A stretch of DNA of 64,000 nt from Sedimentisphaerales bacterium (GTDB lineage: Bacteria; Planctomycetota; Phycisphaerae; Sedimentisphaerales; SM23-30): NCBI GenBank assembly GCA_963666285.1, contig OY762711.1. The stretch is one strand, 5' to 3'. Position 1 is the stretch's first letter; each line of letters begins with the position of its first letter. A program made the translations under genes and the position numbers. Shown in pieces: positions 20,781-31,718 of the stretch. The notes below the pieces were generated by a model. The model had not been told where the DNA came from. It did not search any database and saw only the letters and a list, made by a program, of their open reading frames with translations.

Positions 20781-22184
20781 ATGAAGAAGTTTATTCACGA
20801 TGATTTTCTTTTACAGACTAAACAGGCAAGCAAGCTGTATCATGAATATGCCAAAGATATGCCTATCATTGACTTTCACTGCCACCTACCTCCCCAGGAA
20901 GTAGCGGGAGACAAAAAGTGGGCTAATGTCGCAGAGGTATGGCTGGGCGGTGACCATTATAAATGGCGTGCGATGAGGTCAAATGGTGTAGCTGAGAAAT
21001 TCTGTACAGGAAACGTTGCAGATCGTGAAAAGTTTGAGAAATTTGCGGAAACAATGCCTTATCTGCTGCGTAATCCGATGTATCATTGGACTCAACTGGA
21101 ATTGGCAAGGTATTTTGATGTCTTTGATCTGCTATCGCCTGAAACATCAGAGGATATATGGCAGCGTACTGGAGAAAAACTTAAAAGTATATCAGCCCGC
21201 TCTTTGATGAAAGAGAGTAATGTAGTTCTGGCATGTACTACTGATGACCCGATAGATTCACTGGAGTATCACAAACAAATCCTTACTGATGATTCGTTTG
21301 ATGTGCAGGTTCTGCCAACCTGGCGTCCTGACAAGGCAATGAAGATAGCGGACCCTTATACATACAATGAATATGTAGATAAGCTGGCAGCTGCAGCCGG
21401 TATGGCAATTAACAGTTACGATGATTTACTTGAAGCTCTGAGAAAGCGTCATGATTTCTTCCATGAATGTGGTTGCAGGCTTTCTGACCGTGGACTTGAT
21501 ACTGTTGTGTCAGAAACATTTAACGAAAATGAAGCTGATTGTATTTTTGCAAGAGTTCGTAATGGTGATCGCGTAACAGAGTATGAGGTTGCAGTATTCC
21601 AGACTTCTATGCTGCTTGAGCTTGCAATTATGGATGCAGATAGAGACTGGACAATGCAGCTGCATGTAGGTGCAATGAGAAATAACAATACTGCGATGTT
21701 TAATTCGCTGGGACCGGATACCGGTTTTGACTCAATTGCTGATTCCGGCTATGCCAAGGCATTAAGCAAGTTTTTGGATAGGTTAACAAGTATTGATAAA
21801 CTGCCAAAAACAATCCTTTACAATTTGCACCCTGGCGATAATGAGATGCTGGCAACTATGCTTGGTAATTTCCAGGATGGTTCGGTTCCAGGGAAAATAC
21901 AGTTGGGCAGCGGCTGGTGGTTCCTTGATCAGAAAGACGGAATGGAAAGGCAGATGGAAGCTCTTAGTCAGCTTGGTCTGCTGCGTCGTTTTGTTGGTAT
22001 GGTAACGGATAGCCGTTCATTTTTGTCTTATACCCGTCATGAATATTTCCGTCGGGTATTATGTAATATTCTTGGTAATGATATGGCTAATGGCCTTATA
22101 CCTGACGACTATGAGCTTGTTGGTCAGATGGTTAAAGATATTAGTTATAATAATGCTGCGACTTACTTTGGGTTTAATCTATAA
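20781..22184 (+). CDS. uxaC: Glucuronate (uronate) isomerase
   Basis: IIDFHCHL, WLGGDHYKWRAMR, TTDDP, GSGWWFLDQKDG, TDSRSFLSYTRHEYFRR. Confidence 0.95.
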   Translation: MKKFIHDDFLLQTKQASKLYHEYAKDMPIIDFHCHLPPQEVAGDKKWANVAEVWLGGDHYKWRAMRSNGVAEKFCTGNVADREKFEKFAETMPYLLRNPMYHWTQLELARYFDVFDLLSPETSEDIWQRTGEKLKSISARSLMKESNVVLACTTDDPIDSLEYHKQILTDDSFDVQVLPTWRPDKAMKIADPYTYNEYVDKLAAAAGMAINSYDDLLEALRKRHDFFHECGCRLSDRGLDTVVSETFNENEADCIFARVRNGDRVTEYEVAVFQTSMLLELAIMDADRDWTMQLHVGAMRNNNTAMFNSLGPDTGFDSIADSGYAKALSKFLDRLTSIDKLPKTILYNLHPGDNEMLATMLGNFQDGSVPGKIQLGSGWWFLDQKDGMERQMEALSQLGLLRRFVGMVTDSRSFLSYTRHEYFRRVLCNILGNDMANGLIPDDYELVGQMVKDISYNNAATYFGFNL

Positions 22185-22265
22185 TGATAGTATATGCTGT
22201 TTACTCCATGAGGGTATTTAGTGTTTAGTGATAAAATATATTTTTAGAATAAAGAAGTTTATGTA

Positions 22266-23084
22266 ATGAGTAATTTATTTGATGTAAAAGGAAAGCGAAT
22301 TGTTGTTACTGGCGGATCAGGGGTGTTGTGCAGTGAACTCGTCAGGTTTTTTGCTGCTCGTGGCGCAATAGTTTGTATTGGAGACTATAAGTTAGACCGA
22401 GCTGCAGGATTTGCGAAAGAAATTACAGATGCCGGCGGAGTTGCTTATCCTCTGAAAATGAATGTTGTTGTCAAAGAAGAGGTGGAAAATTCGCTGGATA
22501 AAGCTATTGAGCTGATGGGTGGTGTTGATGTATTAATCAATGGAGCAGGCGGAAATAAAAAAGAAGCTACAGCTACTGACGAGCTGTCATTCTTTGATAT
22601 TCCTGCAGATGCTTTTCGCTGGGTTTTTGACCTGAACCTGATTGGGGCACTGTTGCCGTCACAGGTTTATGGTAAATACATGGCGGAGCAAAAGAAGGGG
22701 ATTATTCTCAATGTTTCCAGCATGAATGCATATAAGCCGCTTACCAAGATAGTTGCTTATTCTGCTGCCAAAGCTGCGGTTAGCAACTTTACCCAGTGGC
22801 TGGCAGTACATATGTGCCAGAAGTACTCTACAGATATTCGTGTTAATGCAATAGCTCCGGGTTTCTTTTTGACCGATCAGAACCGTTTTCTTTTGACTGA
22901 CGAAAAGACCGGCGATCTTACCCCTCGCGGCCGGCAGATTATCGACCATACACCTATGGGACGTTTTGGTGATGCCGATGAGATCTGTGGTACAGTTCAG
23001 TGGCTCATAAGTGATGCTTCAAAATTTGTAAACGGCACTGTTATTCCGATTGACGGTGGTTTCAGTGCTTTTAGTGGTGTCTAA
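22266..23084 (+). CDS. SDR-type D-mannonate oxidoreductase (fructuronate reductase, UxuB-like)
   Basis: TGGSGVL, NGAGGN, YSAAK, APGFFLTDQNR; directly after uxaC. Confidence 0.85.
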   Translation: MSNLFDVKGKRIVVTGGSGVLCSELVRFFAARGAIVCIGDYKLDRAAGFAKEITDAGGVAYPLKMNVVVKEEVENSLDKAIELMGGVDVLINGAGGNKKEATATDELSFFDIPADAFRWVFDLNLIGALLPSQVYGKYMAEQKKGIILNVSSMNAYKPLTKIVAYSAAKAAVSNFTQWLAVHMCQKYSTDIRVNAIAPGFFLTDQNRFLLTDEKTGDLTPRGRQIIDHTPMGRFGDADEICGTVQWLISDASKFVNGTVIPIDGGFSAFSGV

Positions 23085-23102
23085 TTATCTACGGAGTTTT
23101 AT

Positions 23103-24368
23103 ATGCTCTACTATTCAAGAGGCCATGAAAATGAAAGCCTGACATTATCTGATTTAAATGCCGGGCTGTGTGAAGCTTTAGATAAAATTGGCAATCGGCA
23201 AAAAGTGCTTGCTCTTCCGCCAGATATTACCCGTTTTTATTCTCGTGCGGGTAAGCTTACCGAATTTATCTGGCAATACTATGGTGAAAGACTGACAGAT
23301 ATACTACCAGCACTTGGCACTCACTATGCTATGACGGCTGAAGAGATTGATCGCATGTTTGGCCAGATCCCGCATGATCTCTTCAGGGTGCACGATTGGC
23401 GTAATGATGTAGTGACCATTGGTGAGGTGCCATCTGAGTATGTTAAGGAAGTCAGCGGCGGCAAAGTAGATTTTAGCTGGCCGGCTCAAGTGAACAGAAT
23501 GCTGATAGAAGGCGGACACGACCTGATTTTGTCAATAGGTCAAGTAGTACCGCATGAAGTTATTGGCATGGCCAATTATAATAAAAATATTTTTGTTGGT
23601 ACAGGTGGTGCAGAGGGTATTAACAAGAGTCATTTTCTTGGAGCTGCTTATGGTATGGAAAATATCATGGGACGGGCTGATACTCCAGTAAGAAAAGTGC
23701 TTAATTATGCATCAGATCATTTTGCCAAAGATATTCCAATTGTATATGTTCTGACAGTAGTTTCGGCAACCGAGGAAGGTCAGGCGATACGAGGTTTGTT
23801 TATTGGCGATGATGTTGAATGTTATGAATTAGCGGCTGAATTGTCGTTAAAGGTAAATTTTCAGATGCTGAATGAACCGCTGAAAAAAGCGGTAGTTTAC
23901 CTTGAACCGGAAGAGTTTAAGAGCACCTGGCTAGGTAATAAGAGTATTTATCGTACCCGCATGGCGATGGCTGATGGCGGTGAGCTGATTGTTCTGGCAC
24001 CCGGCCTGAAAGAATTTGGCGAGGATAAGGAAATTGACCGCCTTATCCGTAAGTATGGATATGTTGGTACTGATAAAGTCTTGCAGCTCACAAAAGAAAA
24101 TGAAGAGTTGAGTAATAACCTGAGTGCCGCAGCACACCTTATTCATGGATCGTCGGAAGGCAGATTTAACGTTACCTATTGTCCGGGAAATATCAGCCGA
24201 GAGGAAATTGAATCTGTCAATTTTACATATGCTGATCTGGACGAGATGCTTAAACGATATAATCCAGAAAAACTCCACGATGGATATAATACTGTCGATG
24301 GTGAAGAAGTATTCTATATTTCAAACCCGGGTCTTGGATTGTGGGCCTGGAAGGAGAAGTTTAAATAG
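23103..24368 (+). CDS. LarA-superfamily (lactate racemase domain) protein, probable D-mannonate/D-gluconate 2-epimerase
   Basis: PPDITR, ALGTH, VHDW, VVPHEVIGMANYNK, NKSH: LarA-like motifs; hexuronate operon context. Confidence 0.75.
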   Translation: MLYYSRGHENESLTLSDLNAGLCEALDKIGNRQKVLALPPDITRFYSRAGKLTEFIWQYYGERLTDILPALGTHYAMTAEEIDRMFGQIPHDLFRVHDWRNDVVTIGEVPSEYVKEVSGGKVDFSWPAQVNRMLIEGGHDLILSIGQVVPHEVIGMANYNKNIFVGTGGAEGINKSHFLGAAYGMENIMGRADTPVRKVLNYASDHFAKDIPIVYVLTVVSATEEGQAIRGLFIGDDVECYELAAELSLKVNFQMLNEPLKKAVVYLEPEEFKSTWLGNKSIYRTRMAMADGGELIVLAPGLKEFGEDKEIDRLIRKYGYVGTDKVLQLTKENEELSNNLSAAAHLIHGSSEGRFNVTYCPGNISREEIESVNFTYADLDEMLKRYNPEKLHDGYNTVDGEEVFYISNPGLGLWAWKEKFK

Positions 24369-24392
24369 TAAATTTATAATGGAGTCTAAGTA

Positions 24393-25463
24393 ATGACCGA
24401 AACATCAAAAAAATATGCTTTAATAATTCCAACAAGCATGGGGCTTCGTTTGACCCCTGCAAATTCACAGCCTTTTCATTGCAGTGATACTTTTAAGATG
24501 CAGGCTACCAGTGCCGAAAGTAATGTTGCAAGTGTTGTATCTTACCTGGGTATGCCGGTCAAGGTTTTAACGGCATTTGTTAAGGGTAGTCCGGTTTCTC
24601 ATTTTATCAAGGATAATATCAGAAGTCGTCGTATGGATTTTGAAGGACCTGAATTTGATCAGGGTGGCCCATGGGGGTATCGACACCAGATTAATATGGC
24701 AGATAGTGGATGGGGTTCTCGTGGGCCGCGTGTTCAGAATGATCGTGCCGGTGAGGTTGGTCGTGAGCTTTGTGTTGACGATTTTGATCTTGACAGAATT
24801 TTTGGCAAGGAAGGTACTACCATTGTGCATCTGTCAGGTCTGATTGCGGCATTATCCCCCAAGACCAGTAAGTTCTGTCTTGATATTGCCAGGGTTGCAA
24901 AAGAAAATGGTTCTCTTATCTCATTTGATCTAAACCATCGTGCCAGTTTCTGGAAAGGTCGTGAAAAAGAGCTGTCCGAGGCTTTCGCAGAGATTGCTTC
25001 TCGCAGTGATATTCTGATTGGTAATGAAGAAGATTTTCAGCTTTGTCTGGGGATCAAAGGTCCGGAATCCGGCGGTCAGGGTCTTGATGAAAAAATAGAC
25101 AGTTTTAAGGAAATGATTGGCAGGGTTCAGAAGGCATATCCCAATGCCGGTTATTTTGGTACAACCCTTCGAGAAGTTGTCTCGGCTAACTGTCACATGT
25201 GGGGGGCTTTGGTTACCGACGGTAAAGACTGGGAAGTAATCAAGCCGCGTGAGATCGGTGTTTTGGACCGTATAGGCGGTGGCGATGGCTTTGTTGGTGG
25301 CTTACTTTACGGCATTCTCAAGGGTTGGGATGTTCAAAAATGCGCCAGGTTTGGCTGGGCCAGTGGTGCATTGGCTGCAACTATGCTGACAGATTATGCT
25401 CAGCCTGCTGATGAAGATCAGCTTTGGAGTATATGGGAAGGAAACGCAAGAGTAAAAAGATAG
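24393..25463 (+). CDS. Second PfkB/KdgK-like sugar-acid kinase (candidate gluconate kinase)
   Basis: AESNVA, FDLNHRASFW, GNEEDFQ, DRIGGGDGF. Confidence 0.8.
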   Translation: MTETSKKYALIIPTSMGLRLTPANSQPFHCSDTFKMQATSAESNVASVVSYLGMPVKVLTAFVKGSPVSHFIKDNIRSRRMDFEGPEFDQGGPWGYRHQINMADSGWGSRGPRVQNDRAGEVGRELCVDDFDLDRIFGKEGTTIVHLSGLIAALSPKTSKFCLDIARVAKENGSLISFDLNHRASFWKGREKELSEAFAEIASRSDILIGNEEDFQLCLGIKGPESGGQGLDEKIDSFKEMIGRVQKAYPNAGYFGTTLREVVSANCHMWGALVTDGKDWEVIKPREIGVLDRIGGGDGFVGGLLYGILKGWDVQKCARFGWASGALAATMLTDYAQPADEDQLWSIWEGNARVKR

Positions 25464-25593
25464 ATTACTGTTTTGATCTGATACTCTAATGTCCTGTTTT
25501 GTAAGGTTTTATATAAAGGCATTGACTTTGTCCCTTTATGTTGAATAACATTATGATAAAGAAAAACAAATATTAATATATGGAGAATATATA

Positions 25594-27045
25594 ATGTCGA
25601 AAGCAGATATTGCTGTGATTGGTTTAGCTGTGATGGGTGAAAATCTGATCTTGAATATGGAAAGTAAAGGTTTTACTGTTGCCTGTTATAACCGGACAGT
25701 TTCAAAAGTAGATGAATTTATGGAAGGACGGGCTAAAGACAAAAACATTATTGGCTGTAAGTCTGTTGAAGAATTGGTAGCCAGTCTGAAGAGTCCTCGA
25801 AAAGTTATGATGATGGTTAAAGCCGGAAAACCTGTTGATTTGTGTATTGAGCAGGTATTACCACTTCTTGATGATGGAGATATCATAATTGATGGTGGAA
25901 ACAGCCATTTCCCTGATACCGTTCGCAGAACAGAACTGGTTGAAAGTCAGGGTAAATTATATATTGGTACCGGTGTTTCCGGTGGAGAAGAAGGAGCGTT
26001 GCTGGGGCCGTCAATTATGCCGGGTGGTTCGCCAAAAGCCTGGGAAGCTGTAAAGCCCATTTTCCAGAAGATTTCAGCTCATACAGATGCTGGTGAGCCT
26101 TGCTGTGACTGGGTTGGAGAAGGCGGTGCAGGGCATTTTGTCAAGATGGTTCATAATGGTATTGAGTATGGTGATATGCAGATGATCTGTGAAACCTACC
26201 AGATGATGAAACAGGGTCTTGGCATGACTAATGAAGAAATGCATGATGTTTTCAAAGATTGGAATGAAGGTGAGCTTGACTCATATCTGATCGAAATAAC
26301 TCGTGATATTCTTGGTTATAAAGATGATGATGGTGAAGCTGTTGTTGATTTTATTCTTGATACTGCCGGTCAGAAAGGTACCGGTAAGTGGACAGCGGTT
26401 TCTGCTTTAGATACCGGCCAGCCGCTGACACTGGTAACCGAAGCAGTGTTTGCTCGTTGTTTGTCTGCGTTGAAGGAAGAGCGTGTTGAAGCTTCAAAAG
26501 TACTGGCCGGACCAGGTAAGGTTTTCGATGGAAATAAAAAACAGATGGTCGATGATTTGCGTCAGGCATTATATGCTTCAAAAATCGTTAGCTATGCCCA
26601 GGGTTACCAGCTGATGAGAGCTGCGGCTGCTGAATACGGCTGGAATTTGAATTATGGAGGTATTGCCTTGATGTGGCGTGGCGGTTGTATTATCCGCTCA
26701 GTATTTCTTGGCAAGATTAAAGAAGCATTTGACAAAAATCCTGAATTAAATAATCTGCTGATGGACTCTTTCTTTAAGGATGCCATTGAGAAAGCCCAGG
26801 ATGCCTGGAGAAGGGTGCTGGTTGCATCTGTTCAGATGGGTATTCCTATGCCTGCAATTAACTCAGCCTTGGCTTATTATGATGGTTATCGTGCCGAGCG
26901 TCTGCCATCAAATCTGCTGCAGGCCCAGCGTGACTATTTTGGCGCTCATACTTACGAACGCATTGACAAGCCTCGCGGCGAATTCTTCCATACAAACTGG
27001 ACAGGTCGCGGTGGTACAACAGCGTCAACAACTTATAATGTTTAA
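25594..27045 (+). CDS. gnd: NADP-dependent 6-phosphogluconate dehydrogenase
   Basis: GLAVMGENL, GVSGGEEGA, KMVHNGIEYGDMQ, QAQRDYFGAHTY. Confidence 0.96.
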   Translation: MSKADIAVIGLAVMGENLILNMESKGFTVACYNRTVSKVDEFMEGRAKDKNIIGCKSVEELVASLKSPRKVMMMVKAGKPVDLCIEQVLPLLDDGDIIIDGGNSHFPDTVRRTELVESQGKLYIGTGVSGGEEGALLGPSIMPGGSPKAWEAVKPIFQKISAHTDAGEPCCDWVGEGGAGHFVKMVHNGIEYGDMQMICETYQMMKQGLGMTNEEMHDVFKDWNEGELDSYLIEITRDILGYKDDDGEAVVDFILDTAGQKGTGKWTAVSALDTGQPLTLVTEAVFARCLSALKEERVEASKVLAGPGKVFDGNKKQMVDDLRQALYASKIVSYAQGYQLMRAAAAEYGWNLNYGGIALMWRGGCIIRSVFLGKIKEAFDKNPELNNLLMDSFFKDAIEKAQDAWRRVLVASVQMGIPMPAINSALAYYDGYRAERLPSNLLQAQRDYFGAHTYERIDKPRGEFFHTNWTGRGGTTASTTYNV

Positions 27046-27054
27046 TCAATTACT

Positions 27055-27086
27055 GGCCGGACGGTTAAAACTGTCCGGCTTTTTTA
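27055..27086 (+). terminator. Rho-independent terminator after gnd
   Basis: GCCGGACGG-TTAAAA-CTGTCCGGC followed by TTTTTT. Confidence 0.85.
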
Positions 27087-27116
27087 TGCGCATTAAAGCT
27101 TTGGTATATATTTGGT

Positions 27117-27473
27117 ATGGATAGTGGTTTATATATAGCAATCTTCAATCTCGAAAAGGCATTAACTATTGAAGTAGGAAAGTTTGGCAGGCATGACTTT
27201 GTGCCAGGTTATTATTTTTATGCGGGTAGTGCAAAGCGAAATATGATGTCACGGCTTGATCGACATGCCAGTCAAAATAAGCCGCTTCGTTGGCATATTG
27301 ATTATCTGTCTATTTATGCTCAAATGCTCGGCGCGGTTATTCTGGAAGATTTTGATATTACTGAATGTGAGTTAGCCGAAGAATTATCTTTATTATACCA
27401 GAGAATTATTCCTGGTTTTGGGGCATCTGACTGTAAATGTGAGGGACATTTGTTTTATAATGCTGAATTCTGA
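27117..27473 (+). CDS. DUF123/GIY-YIG (Uri superfamily) nuclease-like protein
   Basis: GLY...YFYAGSA, RWHIDYL, GFGASDCKCEGHL. Confidence 0.85.
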   Translation: MDSGLYIAIFNLEKALTIEVGKFGRHDFVPGYYFYAGSAKRNMMSRLDRHASQNKPLRWHIDYLSIYAQMLGAVILEDFDITECELAEELSLLYQRIIPGFGASDCKCEGHLFYNAEF

Positions 27474-27699
27474 TACTTAGGCTTGTAAATTTCAGTTCCT
27501 TCTTCAAACCCTTCGAAAACGATTATTTTATTATAAGTTTGTATGTATTATTAATTTAATGGTTATATTATTAGGGGCTTTCATTTATTTTTCTCTTGAA
27601 TATGTTGTATGCTTTGGTATAAACTCTATAGGAAGTGGGGTAAAACTGATATAAATATATACAGCAAATTAAATTATAAAAAACTAATGGGTATAAGCA

Positions 27700-29883
27700 A
27701 TGTCAAGACTGATAATGATCTCCAATAGATTGCCGGTAAGCGTGTCGAAAGAAAACGGAGAGTTGTCTTTCCATTCCAGCGTTGGCGGTGTTGCAACTGG
27801 CATAGCATCTCTTGAGGATCCCAAAGAACGCCTTTGGATGGGATGGCCGGGACTCGCTAATGATCAGATTAATAAAAAAGAAGCTGAGAAGATAAAGAAA
27901 GAGTTGAAGTCACGCGGCTGCATTCCTCTTTTTTTAAGCGAGCAGGATATAGAAGAGTTTTATGCAGGTTTCTCTAATAAGACTATCTGGCCGTTATTCC
28001 ATTATTTTTCCACAAAATCTTCATTTAGAGATGAATATTGGAATACTTACAAACAGGTTAATCAGGCATTTTGTGACGAAATTGTTAAACATATTACGCC
28101 TGAAGATCAAGTATGGATTCATGACTATCAATTAATGCTTTTGCCCGGAATGCTTCGTGAAAAGATGCCGGATGCAGATATTGGTTTCTTTTTACATATT
28201 CCATTTCCTACCTTTGAACTTATTCGCCATCTGCCCTGGCGTATGGAAATTCTGGAAGGAATTCTCGGTGCCGACCTTGTCGGTTTTCATGAATACGACT
28301 ATGTAAGGCATTTTCTCAGTAGTGTATATCGAATTGCAGGGCATGAACATCACTTAAGCGAATTAGTTGTGGGTGACAGACTTGTCAGGGTAGATGCGTT
28401 CCCGATGGGTATAGATTATTATAAATATGCAAACAGCTTTGATTTGCCTGAAGTTAAGGCACAGGTTAATAATTATAGTACAAATAAAGAATTGCGTTTG
28501 ATAATTTCAGTTGACAGGCTGGATTATACAAAGGGTATATTAGAGCGATTGCTGGCATATAATACTTTTCTTACAGAGAACCCTCATTACCATGGAAAAG
28601 TATCTCTTATGATAATTGCAGTTCCTTCTAGAACGAAAGTTGATGATTATGCTGAGTTGCGAGATCAGATAGAAGTTACCGTCGGACGTATCAACGGTGA
28701 GTTCAGTACTGTCAATTGGATCCCTATACAATATCTCTATCGCTCTCTTCCTTTTGACCAACTGGCGGCTCTATATAATATTGCTGATGTAGCATTGATA
28801 ACCCCACTCCGAGACGGTATGAATCTGGTAGCAAAGGAATTTGTTGCCTGTCAGGAACATCGAGAGGAGCAGGGAATACTGATATTAAGTGAAATGGCCG
28901 GTGCAGCCTCCGAGCTTGGCGAGTCTTTAGTAATTAATCCATTTGACCATAGAAAGCTTGTTAATGCCATAAAGGATGCTCTGGAGATGCCCGATAAAGA
29001 ACGTAAGCGTCGCAATAAGCTTATGCAAAAGCGTTTATCGCGGTATACTGTCGGACATTGGGCAGAAGATTTTCTGAAACGATTAAAGGAAATAAAAAAT
29101 AAGCAGGAGTATTCTGTAACAAGAAGATTTATTCGTAAGCATCGTGCAGAAGCTACCTTAAATTATGCAACTGCAGAAAAGAGGCTTTTATTGTTCGATT
29201 ATGATGGTACTCTGGTGCCGTTCTTTAAACTTCCCGAGCAGGCATTTCCTGACGAAGAGATTCTTGGTATTCTCGAAAAATTAACAAATGATCCCAGGAA
29301 TCAGGTTGTTATTATCAGTGGCCGAGATAAAGATACTCTTGAAAAATGGGTGGGCCACTTTCCTCTTGCGTTGGTCGTCGAGCATGGAGCTTATGTTCGC
29401 AACGAAAATGGAAAATGGGAAACAATGGTTGCTCCTGAAAATGACTGGAAAAAAATTGTCAGACCTATATTTGAGCTGTATGTCGACAGGACGCCAGGCT
29501 CGTTTATTGAAGAAAAAGTATATTCACTTGTCTGGCATTGTCGAAAGAGCGAACCTGATCTGGCGAAGCTGCGTACACAGGAAGTAAAAAATGCTCTTGT
29601 TGATATGACTTCAAACCTGAATATAGGAGTGTTTGAAGGTAATAAAATAGTAGAGGTAAAAGATATTGGAGCTAATAAAGGTCAGTCGATTATCAATTGG
29701 GCCGGCAGTGATGATTGGGACTTCATTTTTTGTGCCGGGGATGATTATACTGATGAAGATATGTTTAATGCTCTTCCGGAAAAGGCCATATCATGTAAAA
29801 TCGGTATGGGGCCCTCAAATGCGGTTTATCGATTAGATTCACCGTTTGAATTGAGAGCGTTTTTAAAGTCACTAATAGAATAA
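27700..29883 (+). CDS. Bifunctional trehalose-6-phosphate synthase/phosphatase (OtsA-OtsB fusion)
   Basis: SNRLP, WIHDYQL, FLHIPFP, DRLDYTKG, DGMNLVAKE; HAD domain FDYDGTL...GDDYTDE. Confidence 0.93.
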   Translation: MSRLIMISNRLPVSVSKENGELSFHSSVGGVATGIASLEDPKERLWMGWPGLANDQINKKEAEKIKKELKSRGCIPLFLSEQDIEEFYAGFSNKTIWPLFHYFSTKSSFRDEYWNTYKQVNQAFCDEIVKHITPEDQVWIHDYQLMLLPGMLREKMPDADIGFFLHIPFPTFELIRHLPWRMEILEGILGADLVGFHEYDYVRHFLSSVYRIAGHEHHLSELVVGDRLVRVDAFPMGIDYYKYANSFDLPEVKAQVNNYSTNKELRLIISVDRLDYTKGILERLLAYNTFLTENPHYHGKVSLMIIAVPSRTKVDDYAELRDQIEVTVGRINGEFSTVNWIPIQYLYRSLPFDQLAALYNIADVALITPLRDGMNLVAKEFVACQEHREEQGILILSEMAGAASELGESLVINPFDHRKLVNAIKDALEMPDKERKRRNKLMQKRLSRYTVGHWAEDFLKRLKEIKNKQEYSVTRRFIRKHRAEATLNYATAEKRLLLFDYDGTLVPFFKLPEQAFPDEEILGILEKLTNDPRNQVVIISGRDKDTLEKWVGHFPLALVVEHGAYVRNENGKWETMVAPENDWKKIVRPIFELYVDRTPGSFIEEKVYSLVWHCRKSEPDLAKLRTQEVKNALVDMTSNLNIGVFEGNKIVEVKDIGANKGQSIINWAGSDDWDFIFCAGDDYTDEDMFNALPEKAISCKIGMGPSNAVYRLDSPFELRAFLKSLIE

Positions 29884-29911
29884 ATAATATAACATAAAAA
29901 AGAACTGTATT

Positions 29912-31714
29912 ATGAATAATCTTGATTATGGAGTAATTGGAAATTGTAAAAGTGCCGCTTTGGTCTCAAAAGACGGAAGTATTGACTGGTGTTGTCTGCC
30001 TGATTTTGACTCTTCTTCGTTCTTTGCAAAGATTTTAGATCAAGAGAGGGGTGGTTGTTTTGCAATTGAGCCTGTAGGAGATTACAAGGTTACTCAAAAT
30101 TATATTCCCCGCACAAACATACTTACAACAACTTATACTCACGGGCAGACAAAATTTGAAGTAAATGATTTTATGCCGAGATTTCAAAATACGCAGGGAC
30201 AGTATCATTGTCCGCCTGAAATTATCAGGTATATCCGTGTATTAAAAGGAAGACCGGAGATTCGTGTAATTTATGATCCTCGTCCGGCGTATGCTCAATA
30301 TGAAGCATCCAAGACTTTGACTGAGCATTATCTTAAACATTACACAACTGAAGGACCGTACGAATCAGTTTATTTATATAGCGATCTGGAATTAAGTGAT
30401 ATTGCCGATAGTCGTCCTGTTTTGCTGGAAGATGATTGTTTTATGGCAGTTTGCTATAATCAGAAATTGTATAAGCCTGACTTGGATTGGGTGGTTCTTG
30501 AATTTGAACGTACAAAAGTATATTGGATGGGATGGCTTGCTAAGACAACAGTCATGTCAGGTTATCAGAAAGAAATCGAAAGAAGCTCACTTGTTTTGAA
30601 GATGCTTGCTTCGCAGAAGACAGGTGCTATTTTGGCGGCTGTAACTACTAGTCTTCCTGAAACGATAGGTGAAGTGCGTAACTGGGATTATCGTTTTTGT
30701 TGGATTCGTGATGCTTCTATGACTATTAATATTCTAGTCCGTCTTGGGCATTATAATGTTGCCAAGCGATTCTTGAACTTTATTTTGGATATTGTCCCAT
30801 TTAAGGATGAACGTGTCCAGATTATGTATCCTGTCAACCATCGAAGAAGTATGGAAGAAAAAGTTCTGCCTTGGCTGGGAGGTTATGAAAATTCCAGGCC
30901 GGTAAGAATAGGTAATGCTGCTGCTCTTCAAAAGCAGAATGATATTTATGGGGTTTTGCTTGATGCTATTTATCAAAGTTTGCAGTTTTTCCATGATACT
31001 ATGGATAATAAAGAGGATGTCTGGACTGTAGTTCGTACTTTAGCACGTCATGTTGAGCATAACTGGCAGGAACTGGATTCAGGTATCTGGGAATTCAGGA
31101 CAGAGCAAAAACATTTTGTTTTTTCAAAAATTCTATGTTGGGCTGCTATGGATAGAGCTGCCAGGATAGCGGCTTTTTTTGAGAAACGAAATGAAGCCAG
31201 GGAATATTCCAAGTTCCGTGATAATATAAGGCAGGATATCCTGGAAAATGGTTGTGACCCGGAAACCGGGGCTTTGGTTCAGCATTATGGCTCTGAAGCA
31301 TTAGATGCTTCAAATCTATTGGCACAGCAATATGGCTTTTTGTCCTCCAAAGATCCAATATTTGAAAAGACTGTTTTGCAAACTTATGACAGGCTCTGCA
31401 AAGATGGGCTTATGTATCGCTATAAAACGCCAGATGATTTTGGTGAGCCTAAATCATCTTTTACTGTTTGTACCTTCTGGATGATTAAGAGCCTTTATCT
31501 TATCGGGCACAAAGAGCAGGCCGTTGAAATGTTTGAGAAACTCCTGTCATATAGTAATCATCTGGGGTTGTTTAGTGAAGATATTGACTTTGCATCTAAA
31601 CGATTACTTGGGAATTTCCCGCAAGGGTATTCTCATATTGCGCTTATAGATACGGCCCTGACAATTTCTAATAGTCCCAGCTGGTTTATTGAGGCGGAGG
31701 ATTTTCGGCCTTAA
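29912..31714 (+). CDS. Glycoside hydrolase family 15 (probable trehalase)
   Basis: TTSLPE...RNWDYRFCWIRD, GIWEFR, LFSED, GNFPQGYSH. Confidence 0.9.
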   Translation: MNNLDYGVIGNCKSAALVSKDGSIDWCCLPDFDSSSFFAKILDQERGGCFAIEPVGDYKVTQNYIPRTNILTTTYTHGQTKFEVNDFMPRFQNTQGQYHCPPEIIRYIRVLKGRPEIRVIYDPRPAYAQYEASKTLTEHYLKHYTTEGPYESVYLYSDLELSDIADSRPVLLEDDCFMAVCYNQKLYKPDLDWVVLEFERTKVYWMGWLAKTTVMSGYQKEIERSSLVLKMLASQKTGAILAAVTTSLPETIGEVRNWDYRFCWIRDASMTINILVRLGHYNVAKRFLNFILDIVPFKDERVQIMYPVNHRRSMEEKVLPWLGGYENSRPVRIGNAAALQKQNDIYGVLLDAIYQSLQFFHDTMDNKEDVWTVVRTLARHVEHNWQELDSGIWEFRTEQKHFVFSKILCWAAMDRAARIAAFFEKRNEAREYSKFRDNIRQDILENGCDPETGALVQHYGSEALDASNLLAQQYGFLSSKDPIFEKTVLQTYDRLCKDGLMYRYKTPDDFGEPKSSFTVCTFWMIKSLYLIGHKEQAVEMFEKLLSYSNHLGLFSEDIDFASKRLLGNFPQGYSHIALIDTALTISNSPSWFIEAEDFRP

Positions 31715-31718
31715 AACA

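Noticed and set aside
27700..31714. otsAB plus GH15 as a novel system
   Set aside because: A common trehalose synthesis/turnover gene pair
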